From an uncultured delta proteobacterium (lineage in GTDB: Bacteria > Desulfobacterota > Binatia > Binatales > Binataceae), in assembly GCA_963724765.1 (NCBI GenBank), contig CAVRVY010000004.1, positions 1-64,000 on the forward strand: a stretch of 64,000 nt of DNA, in the 5' to 3' direction. Below, piece by piece: positions 32,169 through 40,678 of the stretch. The first letter of the stretch is position 1. Each line of letters begins with the position of its first letter. The notes below the pieces were generated by a model, which saw only the letters and a list, made by a program, of their open reading frames with translations, was not told the DNA's origin and did no database searches. A program made the position numbers and the translations under genes.

Positions 32169-33386
32169 ATGGTCACGTCGTCCAAATCGCTGGAGGAGAT
32201 TTTCAGCCGCATTCGCGCCGCCCAGATGGTCCTGATGGTGATGGAGGAGGGCGAGGAGGCGGAGGGCGATCTCGTGATGGCCGGTGAGAAGGTGACGCCG
32301 GAGCACGTCAACTTCATGGCGCGCCATGCCCGCGGTGTGGTCTCGGTGGCGTTGCCCGAGCGGCGGATGCGCGAGATGGGAATCCCGCTGGTCGCCTCCT
32401 CCCGCAGCGAGCTTGCAGAGGAGCAGGCGGGCTCGCTGGTCGAGGCGCGCGAGGGCGTGACCACCGGAATTTCCGCGCACGACCGCGCTCGCACTATCCA
32501 GGTGCTCGCCTCCGACAAGAGCGGCCCGCAGGACATCGTGATGCCCGGCCACGTGCTGCCACTGATGGCCCTGAGCGGCGGCGTCATGATGCGCCTGGGA
32601 CGCGCAGAGTGCGCGGTCGACCTGATGCGGGCGGCCGGGATGCGGCCGTGCGGCGCGCTATGCATGGTGCTGCGCGAGGACGGCGATGTCGCGCGCCTGT
32701 CCGAGTTGCGCGAGTTCGCCGAGACTCACGATCTGCCGATCCTGTTCGTCAAGGATCTGGTCTCTTATCGCCTCACCAACGAACTGCTGGTGCAGCGTGT
32801 CGCCGACCTCGATTTTCCGATCGATTCGGGCGAGCTTAAGGCGGTGGTCTTTCGCAGCACGGTCGACGGCCGCGAGCATCTGGCGCTGGTCAAGGGCAAC
32901 GTCGGCGGCGGGCGACCGGCGCTGGTGCGGCTCCATTCGCAATGCCTGACCGGCGATGTGTTTGGCTCGCAACGCTGTGACTGCGGCGAGCAACTGGCCG
33001 AATCGATCAAGCGGATCATGGCCGCCGAGGCCGGCGTGATCATCTACCTGCATCAGGAAGGGCGCGGAATCGGGCTGGCGAACAAGATCAAGGCCTACGC
33101 GCTGCAGGACCAGGGCCTCGATACGGTCGAAGCCAATTTGCAGCTCGGCTTCAAGGAGGACCTGCGCGACTACGGAATCGGCGCTCAGATTCTGCGCGAC
33201 CTCGGCGTCGGCGAGGCCAGGCTGCTGACCAACAATCCGCACAAGATCGAAAGCCTGCAAAGCTACGGCGTGCGCGTGAGCCGTGTGTCGCTCGAGGTCA
33301 CGCCGCACCTGGGCAATATCGATTACTTGCGCACCAAGAAAGAGAAGCTTGGCCATCTCTTCTCCAAGCTCAAGGTCATAACGTAG
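32169..33386 (+). CDS. ribA: RibBA-type fusion: degenerate DHBP synthase domain plus GTP cyclohydrolase II
   Basis: RibA motifs intact (RLHSQCLTGD, RCDC, QEGRGIGL, LLTNN). RibB-like N-terminus keeps GVTTGISAHDR but has altered catalytic motifs. Confidence 0.9.
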   Translation: MVTSSKSLEEIFSRIRAAQMVLMVMEEGEEAEGDLVMAGEKVTPEHVNFMARHARGVVSVALPERRMREMGIPLVASSRSELAEEQAGSLVEAREGVTTGISAHDRARTIQVLASDKSGPQDIVMPGHVLPLMALSGGVMMRLGRAECAVDLMRAAGMRPCGALCMVLREDGDVARLSELREFAETHDLPILFVKDLVSYRLTNELLVQRVADLDFPIDSGELKAVVFRSTVDGREHLALVKGNVGGGRPALVRLHSQCLTGDVFGSQRCDCGEQLAESIKRIMAAEAGVIIYLHQEGRGIGLANKIKAYALQDQGLDTVEANLQLGFKEDLRDYGIGAQILRDLGVGEARLLTNNPHKIESLQSYGVRVSRVSLEVTPHLGNIDYLRTKKEKLGHLFSKLKVIT

Positions 33387-33457
33387 CTTGCGCCGCTGCT
33401 CCCCGGGCGGAGCCTGCGCGACCGGCGCAAGTAGCGGACGACCGACGGGTTTTTCTG

Positions 33458-33913
33458 ATGGGACTCAGACATCTGGGGCGAGAGCTCGCGCTCAAAGCCC
33501 TGTACCAGATAGATATCAGCGGCGGCAGCTCGCGCGAGGAGCTCGCTCTGTTGTTCGACGGCTTCAATGCTGACGATCGCGCGCGCAAGTTCGCAGTCGA
33601 ACTGGTCGCGGGGGTCGAGCGCGAGCGAGCGACGCTCGACCAGCATCTGGCTGGCGCGCTGGAGCATTGGACGATTGGGCGACTCTCGCGGGTGGACCAT
33701 AATATCCTGCGGATCGGGTTGTACGAGCTGCTATGGATGAACGAAATTCCGGCGCGCGTCACGATGGACGAGGCGATCGAGCTGGCCAAGGCCTACGGCG
33801 ATCAGGAATCGGGACGCTTCGTCAACGGCGTGCTGGATGAGCTTGCGGGGCGGCTGGGATTCAAGCAAAAGGGTGAGGAACGTGGCGAGCGAGGCTTTGA
33901 CAAAGCGCACTAG
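33458..33913 (+). CDS. nusB: Transcription antitermination factor NusB
   Basis: RELALKALYQ, ILRIGLYEL, EAIELAKAYG, FVNGVLD. Confidence 0.95.
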   Translation: MGLRHLGRELALKALYQIDISGGSSREELALLFDGFNADDRARKFAVELVAGVERERATLDQHLAGALEHWTIGRLSRVDHNILRIGLYELLWMNEIPARVTMDEAIELAKAYGDQESGRFVNGVLDELAGRLGFKQKGEERGERGFDKAH

Positions 33914-34005
33914 GATTTGTGCTTCTAGTGCGGCAAGTTTCAAATTCGTTGAATAAAATTCTCCGTCGATCATCGCTCTTTGGCCCGTTGCGCTTTGGCC
34001 TTTTG

Positions 34006-34044
34006 TGTCATCCTGAGCGAAGGCTGCCGGAGTCGAAGGATCTC
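34006..34044. repeat. Intergenic REP-like element (TGTCATCCTGAGCG...GAAGGATCTC type)
   Basis: The sequence between nusB and holA resembles a dispersed palindromic repeat class I recall from soil bacteria. Only one copy in this window. Confidence 0.5.
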
Positions 34045-34092
34045 GCGCGGTCTTCCGCGCGATAACCGTTGGTGGCGTGAGGCGGTCAACGG

Positions 34093-35172
34093 ATGGCGGT
34101 CGAAACGGCGCTTTCCATTCTCCGTGCGGGCGAACGTGCGACGCTCGCATCGGCGATCGTAATCAGCGGCCCTCACGCGTTTTTGCGCGAATACGTCTTC
34201 GACACTGTGCGGCGGCGGATGCTGCGGCAGGGGATGAAGTACCGCGGCTTCCAGGTGGGCGGCGCAGAGGGCTTCGACGCCGCGCTCGCGGAGTTGCGCG
34301 AAGCCGACCTGTTCGCGCCGGTGCGGGTCGTCGGATGCCGCGTGCTGCGTTCGCATCGCGGCGGCGGAGAACAGAATGACGACGGCGGCGACGAAGGCGC
34401 AGCGTCCGGCAAATCGCGCTCGGGCGCGGGCGGCAGTGAAGCGGCGCTCGCCGAGGCGCTCGAGACGATGCGCGGTCCGGGAGCGCTGATCGTCGTTTAT
34501 GAGCGCGATACGGCGCCGGCCAAAATCCGCCGCGCAGTAGAGCAGGGCGGGCTTGCGATAAACTGCCCGCGCGCCTACGACAACCAGCTCATGCAATTCG
34601 CCGAAGCCTTCGCCCGCGTCCAGGATTTGCGCCTCGGACCCGGCGTCGCCGAACTGCTGATTTCGCGCCACGCCGGCGACCTCTCCGCGATCGCCAACAC
34701 GCTCGCCAAGGCCGCGATCCATCGCGAGCCCGGGGCTACGCTCAGCCCGGCCGACCTCGGCGAGCCGGCGGCGGCCAAAATTCCCGATCTGTTCGAGCTG
34801 GCCGAGGCGCTCTCGAACGGGCGTGCGGCGGCCGCGCTTGCGGTGCTGGGGCGCGCGATCGCCGCGGGGCGCGATCCGTTCGAATTGCTGGCGGTCGAGA
34901 TCGCCCCGGTGATGCGGCGGATGATGCTGGCGGCGTCGATGGCGGCGCACAAGCAGAGCGCGCCGCAAATCGCCGCGGCGCTCGGGATGTCGCCGTCAAG
35001 CCCGCTCGCGATGCGCGCGATCGAGGGTGCGCGCCGCTTCGGGATGGTGCGGCTGACTGAGGCCTATCGGCGGGTCGTGCAACTCGACGCCGACTTCAAA
35101 AACGGACGAATCAAGGAGCGCGAAGAGGCGCTGGCCGGGATGCTGCTCGAGCTGATGTCGCCGCGGGTCTAA
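34093..35172 (+). CDS. holA: DNA polymerase III delta subunit
   Basis: DLFAP, GDLSAIANTLAK, FELAEAL, DADFKNG; convergent with rpsT, the usual arrangement. Confidence 0.8.
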   Translation: MAVETALSILRAGERATLASAIVISGPHAFLREYVFDTVRRRMLRQGMKYRGFQVGGAEGFDAALAELREADLFAPVRVVGCRVLRSHRGGGEQNDDGGDEGAASGKSRSGAGGSEAALAEALETMRGPGALIVVYERDTAPAKIRRAVEQGGLAINCPRAYDNQLMQFAEAFARVQDLRLGPGVAELLISRHAGDLSAIANTLAKAAIHREPGATLSPADLGEPAAAKIPDLFELAEALSNGRAAAALAVLGRAIAAGRDPFELLAVEIAPVMRRMMLAASMAAHKQSAPQIAAALGMSPSSPLAMRAIEGARRFGMVRLTEAYRRVVQLDADFKNGRIKEREEALAGMLLELMSPRV

Positions 35173-35176
35173 GCGA

Positions 35177-35467
35177 TCAGGCTTTGGCGGCGGCGCCGTG
35201 CTTGCGATGCAACGCGCGGGAGAGCCGCGCGATCTTGCGCGACACGGTGTTGCGATGGAGCGCACCCTTGCCGGCGGCCTTGCAGAGCACGCGGGTCGCC
35301 TGGCGCAGCTCCTGCGTGGCGCTGGCGGCGTCGGTGCCCTCGATCGCCTTGACGGCCTGTTTGACTGCGCTGTGTACGCGGGTCTTTATCGCACGATTGC
35401 GGTCGCGCCGCTTGAGGCTCTGGCGATGGCGCTTCTCTGCTGACGGGTGAACTGGAATATGCGGCAT
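35177..35467 (-). CDS. rpsT: 30S ribosomal protein S20
   Basis: SAEKRHRQSLKRRDRNR, KGALHRNTVSRKIARL. Confidence 0.95.
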   Translation of the reverse strand: MPHIPVHPSAEKRHRQSLKRRDRNRAIKTRVHSAVKQAVKAIEGTDAASATQELRQATRVLCKAAGKGALHRNTVSRKIARLSRALHRKHGAAAKA

Positions 35468-35529
35468 AACCAGTCTTAGCTAACAGTGCCAGCGCGCCAG
35501 GTCAATACGCGGCGAATTTGGGTAGTGTC

Positions 35530-36029
35530 CTAATTTGAATTCTGGCGAGGCCGGGTAGGCTGTTCAGGAAGTGGGCGCAACTTATTTTCGCGCTCCTTCC
35601 GTTGTTCTGTCCGACCGTAAATAAGCGCGCCGATAAGCGAACCTACCGCGAGAATGATTGCAGCAAAGCCTTCAAGACTTCTCCCTTCTGCGAGTAAATA
35701 GACACCACCGCAGATCACAACGAGTGCGAGAATGAAGGCGAACCATTGACCTCGGCCTTGTGCTTTGCAGTTGCTCTCAACAACCGCCTTTTCAAGCCCC
35801 TGCCTGTGTGCCGACTGCCTTTCTGCCATAGCAACGACGCGCTCAGCGCAACCCAAGCGAACGCGTCGTTGTAACCTTTGAGAAGTTGAGGTGGTGGTAA
35901 AGGCCCAGAGAACTGGAAAGTTTGCTGAACTCTTAATTCGGTAGTTGATCGGCCGGATGCTTCCGCTGGCTCTGAACCCTCGTCGTCAATCTCCGGCTCT
36001 ACCGAATCGTCGTCGTCATTTTCGGCCAT
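35530..36029 (-). CDS. DUF2335-like membrane protein (frameshift near 35855), element cargo
   Basis: FSGPLPPP..L..Y in one frame, AERVVAMAERQSAHR plus two TM helices in the other. The stop lies inside the left TIR. Confidence 0.75.
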
Positions 36030-36360
36030 GCGCTTGCTTTAAGGGGGTAGCAGTTGCCCTCTTTCTGTGAACAGAATAATCAGTCGCCTTACCGCATGAC
36101 GGGCACACAGAGCGGCCGTCTATCCTTTTTTCCATATTTCCAGATTCATCTTGGTGGACCAAAAACCAAGAATCCCTAAGGGTTTGGCCAACGATGCGCC
36201 AATCGCTATAAAGCGCACGCATATCGGCCTCTTCGGTCGTCCGGCTCACGTTGTAGTCGTCAAATTTGCCCCACAGATCTAGGGCGCGGCCAACTCCCGA
36301 CCAGAACGAGGGTCGCGCATAGAGGAAATCTGCACGGACATCTCTTTCTTCATCACCCAT
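36016..36360 (-). CDS. Hypothetical protein, element cargo
   Basis: FLYARPSFWSG...ALYSDWRIVG, CPSC; overlaps the start of the DUF2335-like gene. Confidence 0.6.
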   Translation of the reverse strand: MGDEERDVRADFLYARPSFWSGVGRALDLWGKFDDYNVSRTTEEADMRALYSDWRIVGQTLRDSWFLVHQDESGNMEKRIDGRSVCPSCGKATDYSVHRKRATATPLKQAHGRK

Positions 36361-36392
36361 GTTTTATATTCTATAGGACAATACCCCTCGAA

Positions 36393-37235
36393 TCAGCAAG
36401 CAAAAGAGCCCTCCTCTCTGGCCGCTTCCAACAGGGTTTCGATAGACCATAGCCGATCCGTGACGCCAGCGGCCATTGCCGGCGTACAGCACAGCGTCCG
36501 ATGGACGCGGACGAAATTGTAATGGGCGAAGTGGAGACAGACCGCCGCTGCGTGATTCACCCGTTTCTTGCTGAAACCGTTGGTCAGCCGTGTAAATCGG
36601 CGCATCTGCATCCGCATGGTTAAATTCCGCTTAACATACGACGTTGAAATGTGCTCATCATCGGGATTGCCGATGATTGGATCGCGTTCGCACTTCATCA
36701 ATATCGACGGAGAGTAGCGGCCACGGCCAGCATTCAACTCCGACGCAAAAACCTTATGAATCTGTGCATAATCGACGTTATTGCCGAACACTTCCATGAT
36801 CGTCCCGTAATACGGCTGAAAAGCATCGCTAGTGATTTGCGGCCTGTTTACAATCCGTCCCTTCAAATCCGCGATGAATTCAGCGTTATCACTCATAGGG
36901 CGTCTTCCGACATGGAAGCTCGGCACTAGCTTGGTATCCGCATCAATGGCAACGAAAGTATAAACGTCACCAAATTCGTCCGTCTTATTGAGCATTCTGG
37001 CGGTTTTCTGCTTCATCCCGACACACGCCCAAATCTCATCAAGCTGGAGACGCTTGCAAGTAAGGCCGCGCATCACGTTGTCCATCAGCCGGTCGCAGCC
37101 GTCACCGACGCTCACCGCCAATCGCATAATGGTGTCTCTGTGAATGCCGGTCATCCTTTCGATGCTACGAATGGAGTTGCCTTCAACTAGTGCTGCAATG
37201 ACTTGACACTGGCATTCACGATCCAGCTTGTTCAT
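36393..37235 (-). CDS. IS1-family DDE transposase, probably inactive
   Basis: N-terminal HTH LVEGNSIRSIERMTG; QLDEIW; AIDADTKL; ITSDAF; ISTSYVKRNLTMRMQMRRFTRLTNGFSKK; YNFVRVHRTL..TPAMAAG. Confidence 0.88.
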   Translation of the reverse strand: MNKLDRECQCQVIAALVEGNSIRSIERMTGIHRDTIMRLAVSVGDGCDRLMDNVMRGLTCKRLQLDEIWACVGMKQKTARMLNKTDEFGDVYTFVAIDADTKLVPSFHVGRRPMSDNAEFIADLKGRIVNRPQITSDAFQPYYGTIMEVFGNNVDYAQIHKVFASELNAGRGRYSPSILMKCERDPIIGNPDDEHISTSYVKRNLTMRMQMRRFTRLTNGFSKKRVNHAAAVCLHFAHYNFVRVHRTLCCTPAMAAGVTDRLWSIETLLEAAREEGSFAC

Positions 37236-37370
37236 ACAAGCAAATATACTTGAGCGCATATGCAATATCAAGCGGATATGCTTGACCACTACTAAGAGAC
37301 AGTTGAGGAAAACTCCGAACCATGCTACAAGAATCAAAGGATCGGAATGCTCCGTGGTTGATGGTAGTTT

Positions 37371-37443
37371 CACGCCCGAGAGGAATTGAACCTCCATCTA
37401 CCGGATTCGAATCCGGTGCTCTGGCCAATTGAGCTACGGGCGC
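37371..37443 (-). tRNA. tRNA-Arg(UCG)-like gene with a 6-nt anticodon loop (pseudo-tRNA or 1-nt deletion); no encoded CCA
   Basis: Reverse complement folds as GCGCCCG-TA-GCTC-AATTGGCCA-GAGC-A-CCGGA-TTCGAA-TCCGG-TAGAT-GGAGG-TTCAATT-CCTCT-CGGGCGT-G. Confidence 0.75.
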
Positions 37444-37496
37444 AAACTCGATCCAGAACCGCTTTGGCGCTGGCACGCTGAGGCGGTTCGCTTTTT

Positions 37497-37940
37497 CTAG
37501 CTGCTATTCACAGTGCCTTCCTTACCGTTGGCTGCCAGAGTTCCCACTAAACTAGCGAACTTTACTCGGCCCTGGTCTGTCAAAGAATATGTCGTTACGT
37601 ACCGTTTATTGACATATCCCGGCCTTCGGTTAATAAGACCTTCAAAATCCAGTTTCTTGCGCTCGCACCACTTTTTGAGGGTGCGCAAGACTGGCGGTAA
37701 ACTCTTTGCTCCAATACCGAGCTCAAGGGCTAGCTGGTCGGTATTGAGGCCGGAAGTGGATTTCAACAGAGCGTTTAGGAACAGCTTGGTGGGTTCGGTC
37801 AGCTCGATAGCTTTGGGTGCTGTTGGCTTAGTCCGATCAACCGAGCGAGGTTTCTGTGTTGGCCGCCTAGATTGCAGCTTGCGCAATTCCTCGATGGTGT
37901 CGCACTCGACAACGCCGTTGGACAACATTCGAAAAGCCAT
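37497..37940 (-). CDS. Hypothetical protein, possible winged-helix DNA-binding protein, element cargo
   Basis: Basic protein; helix-turn-helix-like TDQLALELGIGAKSLPPVLRTL followed by YSLTDQG. Confidence 0.55.
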   Translation of the reverse strand: MAFRMLSNGVVECDTIEELRKLQSRRPTQKPRSVDRTKPTAPKAIELTEPTKLFLNALLKSTSGLNTDQLALELGIGAKSLPPVLRTLKKWCERKKLDFEGLINRRPGYVNKRYVTTYSLTDQGRVKFASLVGTLAANGKEGTVNSS

Positions 37941-37980
37941 ACGGAAGAAATAGCACAGTTGATGCGGGTCCGCAATCTAT

Positions 37981-38271
37981 CTACTGTGCGGTATCGCCCT
38001 TATCGGCTGTGTGTGAAGGGAGTCCTTGCTGTTGCGGACGTTTCCAGCGCGCAACGGCCGCTTTGCGCGCAATTTCCTTGCGCTTCTTGGCCGACAGCTT
38101 TTCAGCGCGAGCACGTCCGCCCTTCAACCCGCCGAGCCGTCCGAGCGCTACTGCGTTCGGATTTTTGGTTGGATCTTGTTCTTCGACAGGAAGATCACCT
38201 GAAATCGCGTCGATGAGGTTGGCCGCCATCTGGTTAACGTCCGGTTTGCCGGTTCTTGAGCGCTTAGGCAT
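37981..38271 (-). CDS. Small basic protein of the KNPxAVALGRLGGLKGG type
   Basis: KNPNAVALGRLGGLKGGRARAEKLSAKKRKEIARKAAVARW; first gene inside the right TIR. Confidence 0.8.
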   Translation of the reverse strand: MPKRSRTGKPDVNQMAANLIDAISGDLPVEEQDPTKNPNAVALGRLGGLKGGRARAEKLSAKKRKEIARKAAVARWKRPQQQGLPSHTADKGDTAQ

Positions 38272-38412
38272 CCATCAATGATGCATGGATGCCGCAATTC
38301 TGGCAAATTCAAATTAGGACATTACCCGAATTTGGGTCCCGGCGGCACGCCACTAACGATTCGTTAAAGGTTCTACCTTTAACTTGTCTAGACCGCGGGA
38401 TAAAACCTGATC

Positions 38413-38688
38413 ATGAAAGCTCGCCACGCAACCGTGCTCGTCCTGGTCGGATGGTATCTACTAAGCCCGGCATCTCCATCTGGAAGCTCCGGTTATCTGA
38501 GTAGGCTTCAAGACCGAGTGTTCGGACCGGCCTCGATCCCCCCGATGTCGGAGTGGAATCAATTGGGCGCTTTTGACACAGCGGAAAGATGCGAGGCCGC
38601 GAAAATTCAAATCGGGAATTCCGGCGGAGAGAATATCGGTCAAGCCGTTTGTATTGCTTCGGACGATCCTCGCTTAAAAAGAAATTAG
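38413..38688 (+). CDS. Small secreted protein, GWYL...C...CIASDDPRLK family
   Basis: Hydrophobic N-terminus ending GWYL, two Cys, C-terminal CIASDDPRLK; paralog at 55432. Confidence 0.7.
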   Translation: MKARHATVLVLVGWYLLSPASPSGSSGYLSRLQDRVFGPASIPPMSEWNQLGAFDTAERCEAAKIQIGNSGGENIGQAVCIASDDPRLKRN

Positions 38689-38952
38689 GGCACTCTTCTT
38701 TTAAACTTACGATAAATCCGCCTCACGGAAAAAAATCAGAACGAGGAAGCGCCACAGAGGACAGACATCCGCGCTTCCTCGCTCGCCCGTCACCCTTTCC
38801 CTCCGGCAAGACAATAGGTGGAGGGAGTCAGGGGCGCTTGACCGCTGATCTTCAGATCCCTTTTCTTGAAACAGATAGAGGTTTCAGGTCCGGGATGTGG
38901 GCGGAGCCGCGGACCGCGTACTCGCCTAAATTGGCGTGAAATATGATGGGAG

Positions 38953-39765
38953 TCAGCGGCTCTCGTCGTCCTCCAGGCGCCGCTTGGCCTCCTGCCAGAG
39001 ACTCTCCACCTGCTGCGGCTCGAGCTTCGCAAGTTCGAGCTTGCGCGCGGCGGCGACTCGCTCGACCTCCCTGAAGCGCTCGATGAACTTGTCGCAGGCG
39101 CGTCTAAGCGTCGTTTCCGCATCATGACCGACGAAACGGGGCGCGTTGGCCAGCGCGAGCATCGCGTCGCCCATCTCCTCCGCCGCATGGTCGCGGTCGC
39201 CGCGCACAAGCGCCACGCGCGCCTCCGCGATCTCTTCGTCGACCTTATCGAGCACCGCGGCCGCCCCCGCCCAGTCCATCCCGGCGCCCCGCGCCCGCTC
39301 GCCGAGCTTTTGCGCTCGCGTCAGCGCCGGCAGCGCGCGCGCCACGCCGTCGAGCGCAGAGATCGCGCCCGCTGCCGCGCGCTCCTGTTGCTTGAGCTTG
39401 TCCCAGTTCTGGATGACTTCGGCCGAGCTTTCCGCCGCGACCCCTGCGTAGACGTGGGGATGGCGCCGCACGAGTTTCTCGCGTGCCCGCCGGAGCATCG
39501 CCGCGACGCTGAGGCCCCGTTGCTCTTCGGCAATATTCGCCGCGAACATCACCTGCACCAGCAGGTCGCCGAGTTCGTCGTCGATCTCGCGATCGCCGCC
39601 GTGCTCAATTGCGTCGGCGGCTTCGTAGGCTTCCTCAACCAAATGGCGCGAAGCGGTCGCGAGCGTCTGCTCGCGGTCCCATGGGCATCGCTGCCGCAGT
39701 TCGCGGACGACTTCGAGCAGCGCGAGAAATTCTTCCGCCGCCCCGCGCGTCGCTGCATCATCCAT
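38953..39765 (-). CDS. mazG: Nucleoside triphosphate pyrophosphohydrolase MazG
   Basis: CPWDREQT, EEAYE, ELGDLL, RRHPHVY, second domain EEMGD. Confidence 0.95.
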   Translation of the reverse strand: MDDAATRGAAEEFLALLEVVRELRQRCPWDREQTLATASRHLVEEAYEAADAIEHGGDREIDDELGDLLVQVMFAANIAEEQRGLSVAAMLRRAREKLVRRHPHVYAGVAAESSAEVIQNWDKLKQQERAAAGAISALDGVARALPALTRAQKLGERARGAGMDWAGAAAVLDKVDEEIAEARVALVRGDRDHAAEEMGDAMLALANAPRFVGHDAETTLRRACDKFIERFREVERVAAARKLELAKLEPQQVESLWQEAKRRLEDDESR

Positions 39766-39784
39766 GACTTAGAATCAGCCCGGT

Positions 39785-40447
39785 CTACGCCGTGATCACT
39801 GGTTGGATGACTTTTTCCATCAGAAACGCCGACAAGTCCTTCAGCGCATCCACCGTGATCTCGTGCGCACAGTCATATTCGCGATAAGTCATTGGCATCT
39901 TGAAGGTGCGCAGGCGCTCGACTGACTGGCGCGCCTTGGTTATCTCGATCATGTTGTCGGCGCGCCCATGCTGCACCAGCGTGAGCATCTGCGCGAGCGC
40001 GTCGCGATTGCCGGCGTGCTCGGCCAGCTCCTCGGGAAACCAGGTCGAGAGCGCGACCAGCGCGGCGAAGCGCTCGGGATGGCGAACCGCGAGGTTGTAG
40101 GCCATCACGCCGCCCTGGCTGAAGCCCATCACGATGAGCTTGCGGCGGTCGATAGGGTAGCGCTCGAGCGCGGCGTCCACGAAGCGCATCAGGCGGTCGG
40201 CCGCCTGGCCCATCGCTCCCATGTCTGGCGGCGCGCCCATCCGTAACTGGTACCATCCGTAACCGTTGACCGCGCCGATCTCGAGTTCGAGCGGGCCTTG
40301 CGGACATAGCGTCAAGCATCGCCCACCCGCGATGTACGGCGCGAGACCCATCAGGTCGAGTGCGTTGGAACCCCATCCGTGCATCGCGAGAATCGCCGGA
40401 TGCGGCCCGTCGCCGGCCGGCTCGAAGGCGGCGTGAACCAGGTCCAT
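39785..40447 (-). CDS. Phospholipase/carboxylesterase (alpha/beta hydrolase)
   Basis: HGWGSN, GFSQGG, HGRAD, H; GAGGAGG RBS. Confidence 0.88.
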   Translation of the reverse strand: MDLVHAAFEPAGDGPHPAILAMHGWGSNALDLMGLAPYIAGGRCLTLCPQGPLELEIGAVNGYGWYQLRMGAPPDMGAMGQAADRLMRFVDAALERYPIDRRKLIVMGFSQGGVMAYNLAVRHPERFAALVALSTWFPEELAEHAGNRDALAQMLTLVQHGRADNMIEITKARQSVERLRTFKMPMTYREYDCAHEITVDALKDLSAFLMEKVIQPVITA

Positions 40448-40678
40448 GCGCAAAGCCTCCTCGATTCGAGTTGGAGCCATCATAGACTGCCGCCGCCGCC
40501 GCCTGCCAGTTGCGCCCGTGAGGCTATTCAAGGTGCGCCGATTCTTGCAATGCTGTGCGTCGTCGCGACCGCTTGGCCGCGCGCCGGGAATATAAGGCGG
40601 GGGGAGGAAGAGACAGTGGTGAGGTGCGATTGTGTTCCGCGCGCAAGTGCCGAGGCGCCGCGACGGATCGCCTCGCGC

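Larger units (their letters stand above)
35521..38326 (-). mobile_element. IS1-family cargo-carrying element (2806 bp) with TIRs and an 8-bp target-site duplication
   Basis: Left TIR GGTAGTGTCCTAATTTGAATT (35521-35541) and right TIR, reverse-complemented, GGTAATGTCCTAATTTGAATT (38306-38326) match 20/21. CGAATTTG is directly repeated at 35513-35520 and 38327-38334. The interior is lower in GC than the flanks. Confidence 0.93.
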
